A stretch of 64,000 nucleotides of DNA from Cyanophora paradoxa CCMP329 (lineage: Eukaryota > Plantae > Glaucophyta): contig QPMI01000050.1 of the NCBI GenBank assembly GCA_004431415.1, forward strand, positions 6,796 to 70,795, in the 5' to 3' direction. The notes under the pieces are model-generated. The model saw only the letters and a list, made by a program, of their open reading frames with translations, was not told the origin of the DNA and did no database searches. Position 1 is the first letter of the stretch, and each line of letters starts with the position of its first letter. Shown in pieces: positions 9,693 to 19,596 of this stretch. The position numbers and the translations under genes are program-made.

Positions 9693-12019
9693 TTAATATT
9701 CGGCATCATCTTCATTGTCTTCCTGAACCCTTGTTATCTTTCGAATCCCAATATATCCTCTGGCTAGAATTCCATTAACTCGTTTTCTTTCTGATTTTAC
9801 ATTGAAGATCTCCCTTACTCTTTTCATAACAGATACACATTCAACTTTATCATCAACACTTTTGTATGATTTGTAAATGATATCACTGGAAACAAAGTCG
9901 TTAGCATTATGTGTAACCTCGAAATTATCTCGAAGCCATTCACCAATCTTGTCATTTTCAGCTATAAAGTTAATTCCCTGTTCAATAATCGATTGAGGGG
10001 ACTTCTTAAGATCTCTTCAACCTCTTTGTTCTTCCACATATCCAGTAATATCTTCATGTGAGCCATCTTATACTCATCATCATTGTGAAGAAGTGTGAAC
10101 AGAGTTGGATCAGCTTTCTTCTGACCAGCTTCTGGCTTCTCTCTGAATATATTATTGAATCTCTGATAGGAAAGTCTTCTTTGAATTGCAAAGTCTGGTT
10201 TATTTATAGTCAAATTGTCATTAGTTGTAATGTAGACCTGAAACATTGGGGTAAGGATAACTGGGTCTTTGAACAAGGCTCTCACAGTCATTTCATTTCC
10301 ACCTGTGACCTCCTTAATCTTGGAGATCTGCAGTTTATCACCATCTTCAGCCTCATTACTGAATACAAGTCGCTTTCCAAGGAGTTTGGCAAGTTCAGGA
10401 GTAGCCTCTGATGAGTTCTTTTTAGGCTTAGTCCAATAGGATATTTCGAGAGGGCTGTAATAACGACCAGATATCTGTTTGCAGTATTCCTGAACAAGTG
10501 ATTTACCATTAGCACCAGCACCAGTCCACATATAGAACTTCTGGGATTTAGTTGATCCACTAAGGGCAATTGCAATGGATGCCAGAAGATACTTTCGCTC
10601 TGCTGGATCATCCACAATCTCTTTATAAATCTGATTGAGATGCTCTATTTTCTTGGGGTCTACATTTTCAGTATAGTCATAACCCACAGTCTTGCTCACC
10701 ATATCTTCCAGTTTACCCTTTCTGAAAGTCATAGTGGTCAGATCAAATACACCATTTTCGAATCCAATCACATATGGAACTGTGTCAATCTTCTCAAAGA
10801 ATTCATCATCATTCAGCAGTGGGACCAAGTCAGTCAGAAGGGATTTGCGAAATCCTGATTGTTTAAGATTTTTGGCAATGGTCATCAATGTTTTGGATCT
10901 TTCTTCGAAAGCTGCTTTGTTTTCCTCATCCTTTAAAGCTCTTTGACTATAATGCACAGCCCTTCCAAGGTATTGGGGGACAACAAGACGGCTTATATCT
11001 AGGTAAATCTTTAGGTTTGTGTCATCATGCTCCCAAATCCCAGTATCAGTATTGAGTTTGAACCATGACTTTTTGGAGTATCTCCATGTATGTTTAAGAA
11101 CCTCTTTGCATACTAAACTCACATCATAATGAGCGCCACCAGAACCAGCGGATTTATCTATAAGATTGAAGATATCAGATTGCATTCCAATGCAGATGAA
11201 TCGTTTTTTGCAATTTCCACTGTAGCTTGACACAATGTATTTGTTATCATCTCCTTTAGCTTTCATAACATACCAGTTATTCGATTCATGTGAACCATTG
11301 CAGCATGGGCAATTGAGTCCCTTGTTAGCAGCATCAAAGTTAAAGCCAAGTTCAGTTTTAGAGATTATATTGGGATGCATAAATCCCATATCCACCAGCT
11401 CTTTGATAATATTGTTTTCCAGTTCATCATGTGAGGTAGCATTAGCAGTATACTCACTCTTATAGATGTAGTTATCTATTATCCACTTTTTGAAGTCATC
11501 AGTAGGCTCATTGAAATCACAGGTATCATCCCATGGGGAGATTACCCAAGCCTTGTTCACACTGGGACACACATTGATCAGTCCAGAAGTTCCAGTTCCA
11601 GTGATTGTTTTCAGGTCAACCTTCTCAAAGCCTTTAAAGCCAGGAGCCTTATCGGTAATTTTGAGTTTATTGAACTCCTCAGGTCGTTTAAAGTAGACAT
11701 GATAGCCTTTTTTAGTTTTTGCCATGGGCTGATTGGCATCAAAGTCATCAGGAAACATATCCCGGAATTTCTCAAAGTCCTCCTCATCATCAAAGTCAAT
11801 AACCATCATGTTGTCTGAGAGCAGAATGCCCCAAGATACATACTGATTAGTTGCCAGCGCTTCCTCATACTTTTCCCAGGACCATGCACCTCCCTTATGC
11901 TTGAAAACAGGGTCTTTGCTGTCAGGTTTCACTGGGATAATCATGTTTTTGGACAGTTCCTCATCAGATCTGAGCCAGTTAGCGAGCGATTTGAGCGATT
12001 TAGTCTGTTTGGCGTTCAT
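9693..12019 (-). CDS. Bifunctional PrimPol primase - D5-like SF3 helicase with C-terminal winged-helix-like region (frameshift ~9997)
   Basis: MVIDFD / KTKKGYHVYF primase motifs, CPCC…H Zn site, IGFENGVFDL (D5_N), GAGANGKS Walker A, FSNE Walker B, ITTN; frame continues …ENDKIGEWL…GYIGIRK…EDDAEY* to 9693. Confidence 0.92.
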
Positions 12020-12036
12020 TTTCAGCGATCGGGGTC

Positions 12037-12075
12037 CCTTTTATATATATAGAAGATTTTTCTTTAAGTAGTTTT
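12037..12075 (-). promoter_or_regulatory. Conserved viral promoter motif, copy upstream of the primase-helicase
   Basis: 39-mer 38/39 identical to 13362-13400 (minus strand AAAACTACTTAAAGAAAWATCTTCTATATATATAAAAGG); degenerate copy at ~12503-12538. Confidence 0.7.
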
Positions 12076-12231
12076 GGGTCCCCCAATCATTTTTTGTTGG
12101 AAATCGAGAAAGTATCCCTACGAAATTTATCCACATGATATATCGAGTGGTTTAGATACAAAAAGGATGAATGGGTATTTCAGCGAATAAACAGCATATC
12201 CCCAGCCTAGTAATATGCTGGGAAAAATAAT

Positions 12232-12486
12232 TTAGACATGTTTCAATTTTCTCCCTCTATTTGAGTAAGGGACATCATACAAATACTTGACAAAGCAGAC
12301 TGCATTGGCTGCATACTTTCGCTGACATGAACTTGCTATTTTCATTGCTCTATAGGTATCATCGGTTTGATATAGATCTCTAAGCTGTGTGGCTATTTTT
12401 TCGTTAAACTTTTTGATTTGAGCCTTACCTTTTTCAGTTTGCTGGTATCTCTTCATAGCTCTCTTCTGGGCTTCACTGAGTGGCAT
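12232..12486 (-). CDS. Small basic hypothetical viral protein
   Basis: SEAQKRAMKRYQQTEKGK…YQTDDTYRAMK; preceded by a degenerate copy of the promoter motif. Confidence 0.65.
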   Translation of the reverse strand: MPLSEAQKRAMKRYQQTEKGKAQIKKFNEKIATQLRDLYQTDDTYRAMKIASSCQRKYAANAVCFVKYLYDVPYSNRGRKLKHV

Positions 12487-12542
12487 TTTTCCTCTGTCTC
12501 TCTTAATATATATAGAGAATTCTTTAAATCATTTTTTGTTCT

Positions 12543-13358
12543 CTAACCTCTTTGTCCAAATCGCTCAATATACATAAGTTTGAAATGCTTACCTAGCAAT
12601 GCTACAAATGGTTCGATTTCCAAGGTCTCCCATGTTTTCTTGTCCTTATTCCATCTGCAATCTAATCCTTTTGCGATATCTTTTTTAAGATAAGGCACCT
12701 GAAACCCAGCAACCAATGTATTTGTTGTACTGAGTTCTGCATACATTTCAATCAATGCAGATCTGCCCTCTCTGAACCTCTCTATATCATCTCTGCGAAG
12801 ATTATCCATTTTCGGAATAAATTGGTTGCACCAAATCAGGAAAAGATTAACTGCATGTTTATTCCTTGCTCTTTCTTGTTCTAATTCTCTCTCTCTTCGC
12901 TCTCTTTCTTCTAATTCAAGCTGCCTCTTTCGAGCTTCCTCTTGTTTTTCAAGTTCTCTTTTTCTTTCCAGTTCTTCTTGCTTTAAAGCGATTCTGCACT
13001 TATTACAGAAATTATCCTTTCGGTTTTTATGCCGATCTCCACATCTTTCACATATATCTTGACCTCTGGCACCCTTCGGAATAAATCGTAAAATGCAGCA
13101 ATTCCCAACAATGACCACAATCTTTTTATTAACATGCAGAATATAGCATTGCTCTTTAATTGGATGATCACAGGCGCAATGCTCAGACTCTGGAGGCAGG
13201 TCATAGTCACTTAATCCATATTTTGCAAGCTTTGCCCAAAGAGGGAGCGGTTTCCTGTTACTTCCAAGAGCAACATAATCATTGAAGTTATCAGATCCAC
13301 AAAGCAACATTAAAGCCGCTTTGAGCTTTTCCAGGCAATACGATTTCTTCTCTGCCAT
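12543..13358 (-). CDS. Cys/His-rich (zinc-binding) protein with coiled coil and C-terminal DUF5710-like motif
   Basis: HCACDHPIKEQC…VGNCCILRF, CERC…CNKC, VPYLKKDIAKGLDCRWNKDKKTW. Confidence 0.7.
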   Translation of the reverse strand: MAEKKSYCLEKLKAALMLLCGSDNFNDYVALGSNRKPLPLWAKLAKYGLSDYDLPPESEHCACDHPIKEQCYILHVNKKIVVIVGNCCILRFIPKGARGQDICERCGDRHKNRKDNFCNKCRIALKQEELERKRELEKQEEARKRQLELEERERRERELEQERARNKHAVNLFLIWCNQFIPKMDNLRRDDIERFREGRSALIEMYAELSTTNTLVAGFQVPYLKKDIAKGLDCRWNKDKKTWETLEIEPFVALLGKHFKLMYIERFGQRG

Positions 13359-13361
13359 TGT

Positions 13362-13400
13362 CCTTTTATATATATAGAAGATATTTCTTTAAGTAGTTTT
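13362..13400 (-). promoter_or_regulatory. Conserved viral promoter motif, copy upstream of the 12543..13358 gene
   Basis: Near-identical to 12037-12075; 3 bp from the ATG. Confidence 0.7.
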
Positions 13401-13467
13401 CATCAAATTTTGTGTTCAGAATTCCCCATTTAAAACCTCCCCTTTTAGTAGGAACAAGTTAGGAACT

Positions 13468-16400
13468 ATGCCCCGAATTAGCAACAGACTCATTAGAGAG
13501 AAGAAATGGGAACTTATGGGATTACTGGGAACACTGTATGCAGCCCATGAAATCACAGAGGCTGAATATGACCGGGAAATCGGATTTATTTCAAGGGGCA
13601 GACCCACTTTAGCAAAATTAACCAGAAAAGCCAATAACCTCTATGACAAAGTTGAGACTCTTGATGAACTCGATCGCCTGAGGCAAATAGAACCAGAGGC
13701 AGAAGATGGAACAGCCATGAATGAATTATATCGCTGGCTCACATACAGAGCCAGAAGGGAAGTTGTGGTAGATGTGATTGAATATTTAGATAGAATTGCA
13801 ACCTCTCTACCAAAACGTTTAAGAGATAGTCTGGATCAATTCAGGGCAATCAAAGTTCGCTTGTCGTTTATCTGCAAGTTCGTAAAAGTCAGCAATCCAC
13901 AGGTTTGGATATCGAAATACATTTACAGCGATTATTTTGTATTAACCAAATCGAGAAATATTCGAACTGAGCTGAATAAAGCAGCCCAAATGTGTCAGGA
14001 ACAGATGAATGTTGTTGATAGCTATCGATTGGAGAGAATCGAAATGCTAAGAGTTGCTATTATGAGTTATGCCCAACTGGTGGCTGCTATGTTAAAACAC
14101 CAGAATCAATTGCAGCCAAGAGAGCCACAGTGAATATTCGAAATATTGATGATTCTTGCTTTGAAAATGCCATTTTGGCATGGATCCATAGGAAAGATGT
14201 AAATTCCCACAAGAGAAGTGAGCTTACACAATATCGCAAATGGAAATACTCACCAACCACATACAATCCTTTGGCTCTCAATTTCGACAATATCCCATTC
14301 CCTGTTCCTTGTGATGCTGAAATCATTGATAAATTCGAATCTCAAAATGCAGGCATCAGCATAAACATATTTGGAATGGATGGAGATGTTATATATCCCC
14401 TACATCAATCCAGCAACCCAGGCAGAAAGCAAAAGATTAATCTAATGCTCATTCATGATGATGAAGGGAATGGTCACTATATTACTATCATGTCCCTTTC
14501 AAGACTTCTCAGAGTTGCCCTTGATAAAACCAAGGATCAAAAGTTACACTACTGTGATACATGCTTATCTCGATTCAGGTCTGAGGCTAAACTCACTGCT
14601 CATGTGGACTCAAACAGATGCATTGATTGGAGACTCTCAAAGGGAATCACCCCTAAGCCTGACACCACAATAGAGTTTGGACTGAAAAACCTCAGGAAAA
14701 CTGTCTGGCTTCCTGTTGTGGTTTACTGCAAGATTGAACATAGAAGCATCCCCATTGATGCATCGAAATCCAAGAGGGAAGTCTCAGCAGTCAACATTAG
14801 AATAGTCACTGGGGCAGATGTTCAGGAGTTTCGATTTGAGGGTCAGGATCCAATGGGAGGTCTGTTTGAATGCTTGGAGTCCAAAGCAAGAGAGCTAATC
14901 GATTTCCTGTTCACCAATATTCCCATGAATGAACTCACAGATGAGCAAAAGGCTATTTACAGAGCTACCAAACACTGTTACCTTTGCAGTGAGAGGTTCA
15001 CCAAGGAAAACTTCAAATGCAGGGATCATGATCACCACACAGGTAATTACATTGCACCTGCATGCAGAAACTGCAATCTCCATAGGAGAATCTCAAAGCA
15101 AACCAAAGTTGCAGTTGTTGTTGACCAAATGGATGACTGTGGGACATTCATTTTCAGAAAAATAGCAGGCATGGGTGATAAAAAGCGAATCGAAATCCTT
15201 TCGAAAAACTTTGATCAATACCTTTCATTGCAATGGGGTCTTTACAAGTTCATTGATGCAAGTAATTTTATGGACTTTGGGGCTGCTGATGTAGATGAGT
15301 TAATGAGCAAATTCCAGGCTTTCAGAAGGCTTTCACACTCAGTATATGGATTGGACCCAGTTCATTATGTATCTGCACCTGGGTTATCTTGGGATGCTAT
15401 GCTTAGGACCACCAAGGCAAAAATAGAGCTTATAAGTGATGTAGAGCAATACGAATTTGTTGAGAGGGGAATCAGGGGTGGCTTTGCAACAATGCCTTGT
15501 AGGTATGCTGAGGCTGATGGTGAAAACTCCCATATAATGCTGTTTGATGCTAACAACTTGTATGGCTACTGTTTGAGTCAGCCAATTCCAGTTGGTGATT
15601 TTAGATGGGAGACCGAATTCAACCCACAAGATAACAGATCCAGTTTCCTAGAAGTTGATCTGGATTACCCAATTAGGCTGTTTCTAGATCACAGTGATTT
15701 CCCCCTAATTATTAACAAGAAAATAGTAGAATATGCAGAATTATCACAATATCAAAAGAGCCTATTAGATCTCTCAGGAGAAGAGCTTGATAAGACCCCT
15801 AAGCTAACTGCAACCTTTGGTTCTGTGACCAACTATGTGATTTCTGAGCCTCTTCTGCAATATCTGTTGGACAAAGGGGTGAAATTAAAGAAAGTTCACA
15901 GGGTCCTATCATTTACTGTGGCTCCTGTAATGAAACCCTATATTGAGCTGAATACTGACATGAGAAGGAAAGCAGTGAATAAATTCGAGGCTGATTTCTA
16001 TAAACTCATGAATAACTCAATCTATGGGAAATGCATTGAATCTTGCAGAGGTAGATCTGTGGTTAAGATTGCAAACAGTGAGAAACTGTTTATGAAATAT
16101 GCAGCCTCCCCATTGGTGAAATCAACAAGTCCCATAAACGAAAAAGCAGTTGCCTTTGAGTTTTACACAAAGCATGTGAAGCTAGATAAGCCAGTTGCTA
16201 TTGGGGCTTATGTTCTGGATGCAGCCAAACTGCATAACTACAAGTTCTTCTATGATACTGTAAGGTCCCAATGGACAAAAGCAAAGTTACTATTCCATGA
16301 TACTGACTCCTTTTGTCTATATATCGAATCTAAGACCCTACAAAAAGATATAGAGAATATATCCTATGCATTAGACCTTGGAGGTGATTCCAGAATGACC

Positions 16401-16711
16401 CAGGTAAATACAAAAATGAAATGCCTGGCTCTGCTATATTGGAGTATGTGGGTCTGAGAGCAAAAGTTTACAGTTTCAGAACTGCTGAGATTGAGAGGAG
16501 TAAGCTCTCTGGGACTTCCACTGAGGAACTCCAATTTAATGATTTTAAGCAGTGTTTATTTGCAGGTATCAGCAAGACTGTGACTGCAAAGCAGAAAAGA
16601 AGGGCAGATCACACAATAATAGACACTGTGAGTAGAAGGGTTGCCCTAAACTGCTTTGATGCAAAGAGATACATCTTACCAGATGGTATTAATTCTGTTC
16701 CTTTTAATTAA
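13468..16711 (+). CDS. polB: Protein-primed family B DNA polymerase 1 (two apparent frameshifts; exonuclease motifs degenerate)
   Basis: Joined frames give …GGCYVKTP…VNIRNIDDSCF…, EndoVII-like RDHDHHTGNYIAPACRNCN, GIRGG, FDANNLYG, KLMNNSIYGK, HDTDS, GLRAKVYS, DAKRY. Confidence 0.93.
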
Positions 16712-16714
16712 GAG

Positions 16715-18100
16715 ATGCCAGCAACTGGAAGAATAGTTAGGAGAACCACTGAGCAACTGCAAGGAAACCTACTGCCCATCACAGTTCCAAAGGAGGAAAA
16801 GGGGGAATCTCGAATTGTAAAAAAGTCTGAAATGAAAGAGCTTGTCCCAGTAGAGATTCCAGTTGCTATTGCAGTGAAAGAAACAAGCAAGATTGCCAAG
16901 AGATTCTATGATGTGAGAACTGGTTACAAAGGGCTTCAAGCTATGAGGGCTGAGTTACCAGATGAATCCTATAAGCAGTTGCAAGAGTTCTATAAAAAAC
17001 AAGAGGTAGTTCAGATCAATGCACCTGCTATATCTAGGAAGAGAGATCCCATGGTCCCAATTAGGCAACCCCTTGATACCTATGTGATTGATTTGCTCTT
17101 TTTCCCAGCTTATAAGAAACAAAACAATGGCTATGATACCTTTATGACTGCAATGGAATCTACACTGAGAACTGGGTATATCATACCTATAAGGGATAAA
17201 TCAGCTCTCACTACATTAGCTGCATTTAAACAGCTTGAAATGAGAGTAGCAAGACCCATAGTAAAAGTTCAATCAGATGCTGGGAGTGAATTCCAAAATC
17301 GAATATTCCAGGAGTATTTATCTAGTAAATTCATAGAACACCAAGTGAGTGGAACTGCTGACCATAGAAGCCAAGGTCGAATTGAAGCCTTTAACAAGCA
17401 GATTAAGAGACTGATCACAAACTATTGCATAGCTAATAACACAGCTAGATTCTTTGATGTGTTAGGTGATATTGAGTATAATTACAATAATACAGTTCAC
17501 TCAGCTACTAAGATGAAGCCAGGCGAAACTACAGAGGAGCATTATAGGTATATAGTGGGATTAGAAGATGAAAGATTCAAGAAATCAATAGCTTACCTTG
17601 ATACCATGCAGCCTGGCATGTTTGTTAGAGTGAAAGTTGAGAAGAACCCCTTTGCTAAACAGGGTAACAATTGGTCTAGGATGGTTTACACTGTTGATAG
17701 TAGGGAAGGCTTTAAGTTTAAGCTAAGGAGTCCCACTGGTGAGATCATAGAAAACAGGTTTGCTTTCCATGAGCTGTTGCCTGTGAATGCAGTTGAATAT
17801 CTAGAAACCCCTACAGTGGATGCCTTGGAGCAAGCTAAAGAGGAAGCCAGGGCTGATGCTGCTATAAGGAGAGAAGGCATAGAAGCTGCTAATGAAGTCC
17901 CAGATAAGCCTTTGATAGAGGCTAGAAAGGAGAAGGCTGGGAAAGTTAACAGGGAACTCAAAAAGCTCACTATAGCAGGGACACAGAAACTTTCTGAGGT
18001 TAATAGCCAGAGATGGTATAATGACTTTCAGACTACTAAGGAGTCATATACAGCCCCTAAACCTCAGAGAACACTAAGAGAAAGGACCAAAACTAGCTAG
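16715..18100 (+). CDS. int: Retroviral-like (rve) DDE integrase 1
   Basis: YVIDL, QSDAGSEF, QGRIEAFN catalytic triad; YNNTVHSATKMKP; C-terminal SH3-like GMFVRV…NWSRMVYTV. Confidence 0.93.
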   Translation: MPATGRIVRRTTEQLQGNLLPITVPKEEKGESRIVKKSEMKELVPVEIPVAIAVKETSKIAKRFYDVRTGYKGLQAMRAELPDESYKQLQEFYKKQEVVQINAPAISRKRDPMVPIRQPLDTYVIDLLFFPAYKKQNNGYDTFMTAMESTLRTGYIIPIRDKSALTTLAAFKQLEMRVARPIVKVQSDAGSEFQNRIFQEYLSSKFIEHQVSGTADHRSQGRIEAFNKQIKRLITNYCIANNTARFFDVLGDIEYNYNNTVHSATKMKPGETTEEHYRYIVGLEDERFKKSIAYLDTMQPGMFVRVKVEKNPFAKQGNNWSRMVYTVDSREGFKFKLRSPTGEIIENRFAFHELLPVNAVEYLETPTVDALEQAKEEARADAAIRREGIEAANEVPDKPLIEARKEKAGKVNRELKKLTIAGTQKLSEVNSQRWYNDFQTTKESYTAPKPQRTLRERTKTS

Positions 18101-18326
18101 TTTGCTAGGCAAAAACTCGTTTTTTCCAAATATATGTATGACTGATATACATATATGCACATGATATACACATAGTCTTGTAGATCTTCTCAAGCGCTTC
18201 ACAGCGATATGCAGAACGTTGCGTTTTGATGATCTGGTGATGAGATATAACAGTTTGAAGATGAAAAAGTCACTTGCCATAGTAGACTTGGTGAGACACT
18301 AGCTCAGGAATCGACTTGACTGAAAA

Positions 18327-18444
18327 GCGTTTTTGGCTCAGCGGTTAAGACGCTTGGATTTCCGAGTCGCAGTTCAAATCCGCTCGGGAACCTTTACTTC
18401 GTTCGCCGTGAAACTTGAAAAGTAAAAAAAAAACGCGGTTTTTT
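18327..18444 (+). ncRNA. Candidate Pol III (type 2 promoter) tRNA-like element
   Basis: A-box TGGCTCAGCGG (18334-18344), B-box GTTCAAATCC (18372-18381), each in a hairpin loop; T6 at 18439-18444; no anticodon arm. Confidence 0.45.
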
Positions 18445-19029
18445 CTAGATTAATGCTGTACCCGTCTGGAAAATCAATATTCACGTTTGCTGCGATATCT
18501 CAACACCAACTTATCAAATCGATGCGCTTTAAACGTCATAAAATCGAGCATTTCAAGGCGGTCTGAGCGCTTATCAGCCATATCGACATTTCGATAACCC
18601 TGACTCGAAATCGCGATGAAACCGATTTTGAATTTTGATTTTAAATTCGATTAAAATGCATTAAACGTGAGTTTTTAATATAGATCACCAGGAAGTTATC
18701 AAATCGATGCACTGGCGGTAAAATATAATCACATATATAATACATAACAATAACTTGCAATCACATATACGAATCTCGATGTGTATACATCGCTATTATG
18801 ATTAAAGCGAGTTTTGAAATTCAAAATAATTAGATTAAATTCGATTATAACTCAAAAATCGCGATTTTTAACCATATACTTATCGTTTCGATCAAATTAT
18901 GATATCGAATAATCAACTATATTATAATGCTTCGATAAACGTGATCACATATATGAAAACATCAATCTAACATTGCATGTAGTAAGCATCTCCCCTTGAT
19001 TCCCCCTATTATATTATATTTATATTTAA

Positions 19030-19185
19030 GTGGACTCAAGGTTGACTCATATTAATCGTAAAAGTAGTAATAGTATATGGATTTTGTTACGAATTCAATG
19101 CAAGGGTTGACTAAGTGGGTTGAGTTGACTCAAATTTCACAGGAAATAACAATGAATCAGAGTATAAATGCATTTTTGAATCAAC
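19030..19185. repeat. GTTGACTCA-like short repeat cluster
   Basis: GTGGACTCA 19030, GTTGACTCA 19041, GTTGACTAA 19106, GTTGACTCA 19124, inverted TGAATCAAC 19177. Confidence 0.55.
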
Positions 19186-19242
19186 TACACCAACTAACAC
19201 TGAGATTTTAACAATGAATGAGGTCCTTACTGAATATGGTAT

Positions 19243-19345
19243 GTGTGACAGGTGTGACAGGTCTATCCCGTGGATTTTCAAAATCAATTTCTCACTAGGA
19301 CTTTCCTTGGGATGGACCTGTCACACCTGTCACACCTGTCACACC
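19243..19345. repeat. Iteron palindrome copy 2
   Basis: GTGTGACA-GGTGTGACA-GGTCTATCCC…GGGATGGACC-(TGTCACACC)x3; core 48/56 identical to copy 1. Confidence 0.9.
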
Positions 19346-19596
19346 CAATTATTTCAAAAATCCTAAGGGTCCCCCCTTAGAATCATTAAAACATGATAAA
19401 AACATATAAGTTTCATGTATAATTACGATTGGATTCAATAAGAGATCGATTTGTTTTATTTAACAAATGAATCATTTTTTACAAAATATGAAAATATCGA
19501 AAAGAATACAAAATAATCGAAATAAATGAATATTCGATAAGATATACACAGATTATCGATTGATTGAAATAGAATATACGAGATATATCAACAAAA

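Noticed and set aside
18327-18392. Bona fide tRNA gene
   Set aside because: A- and B-boxes are present but there is no anticodon arm or 5'/3' acceptor pairing; kept only as a tRNA-promoter-like element.
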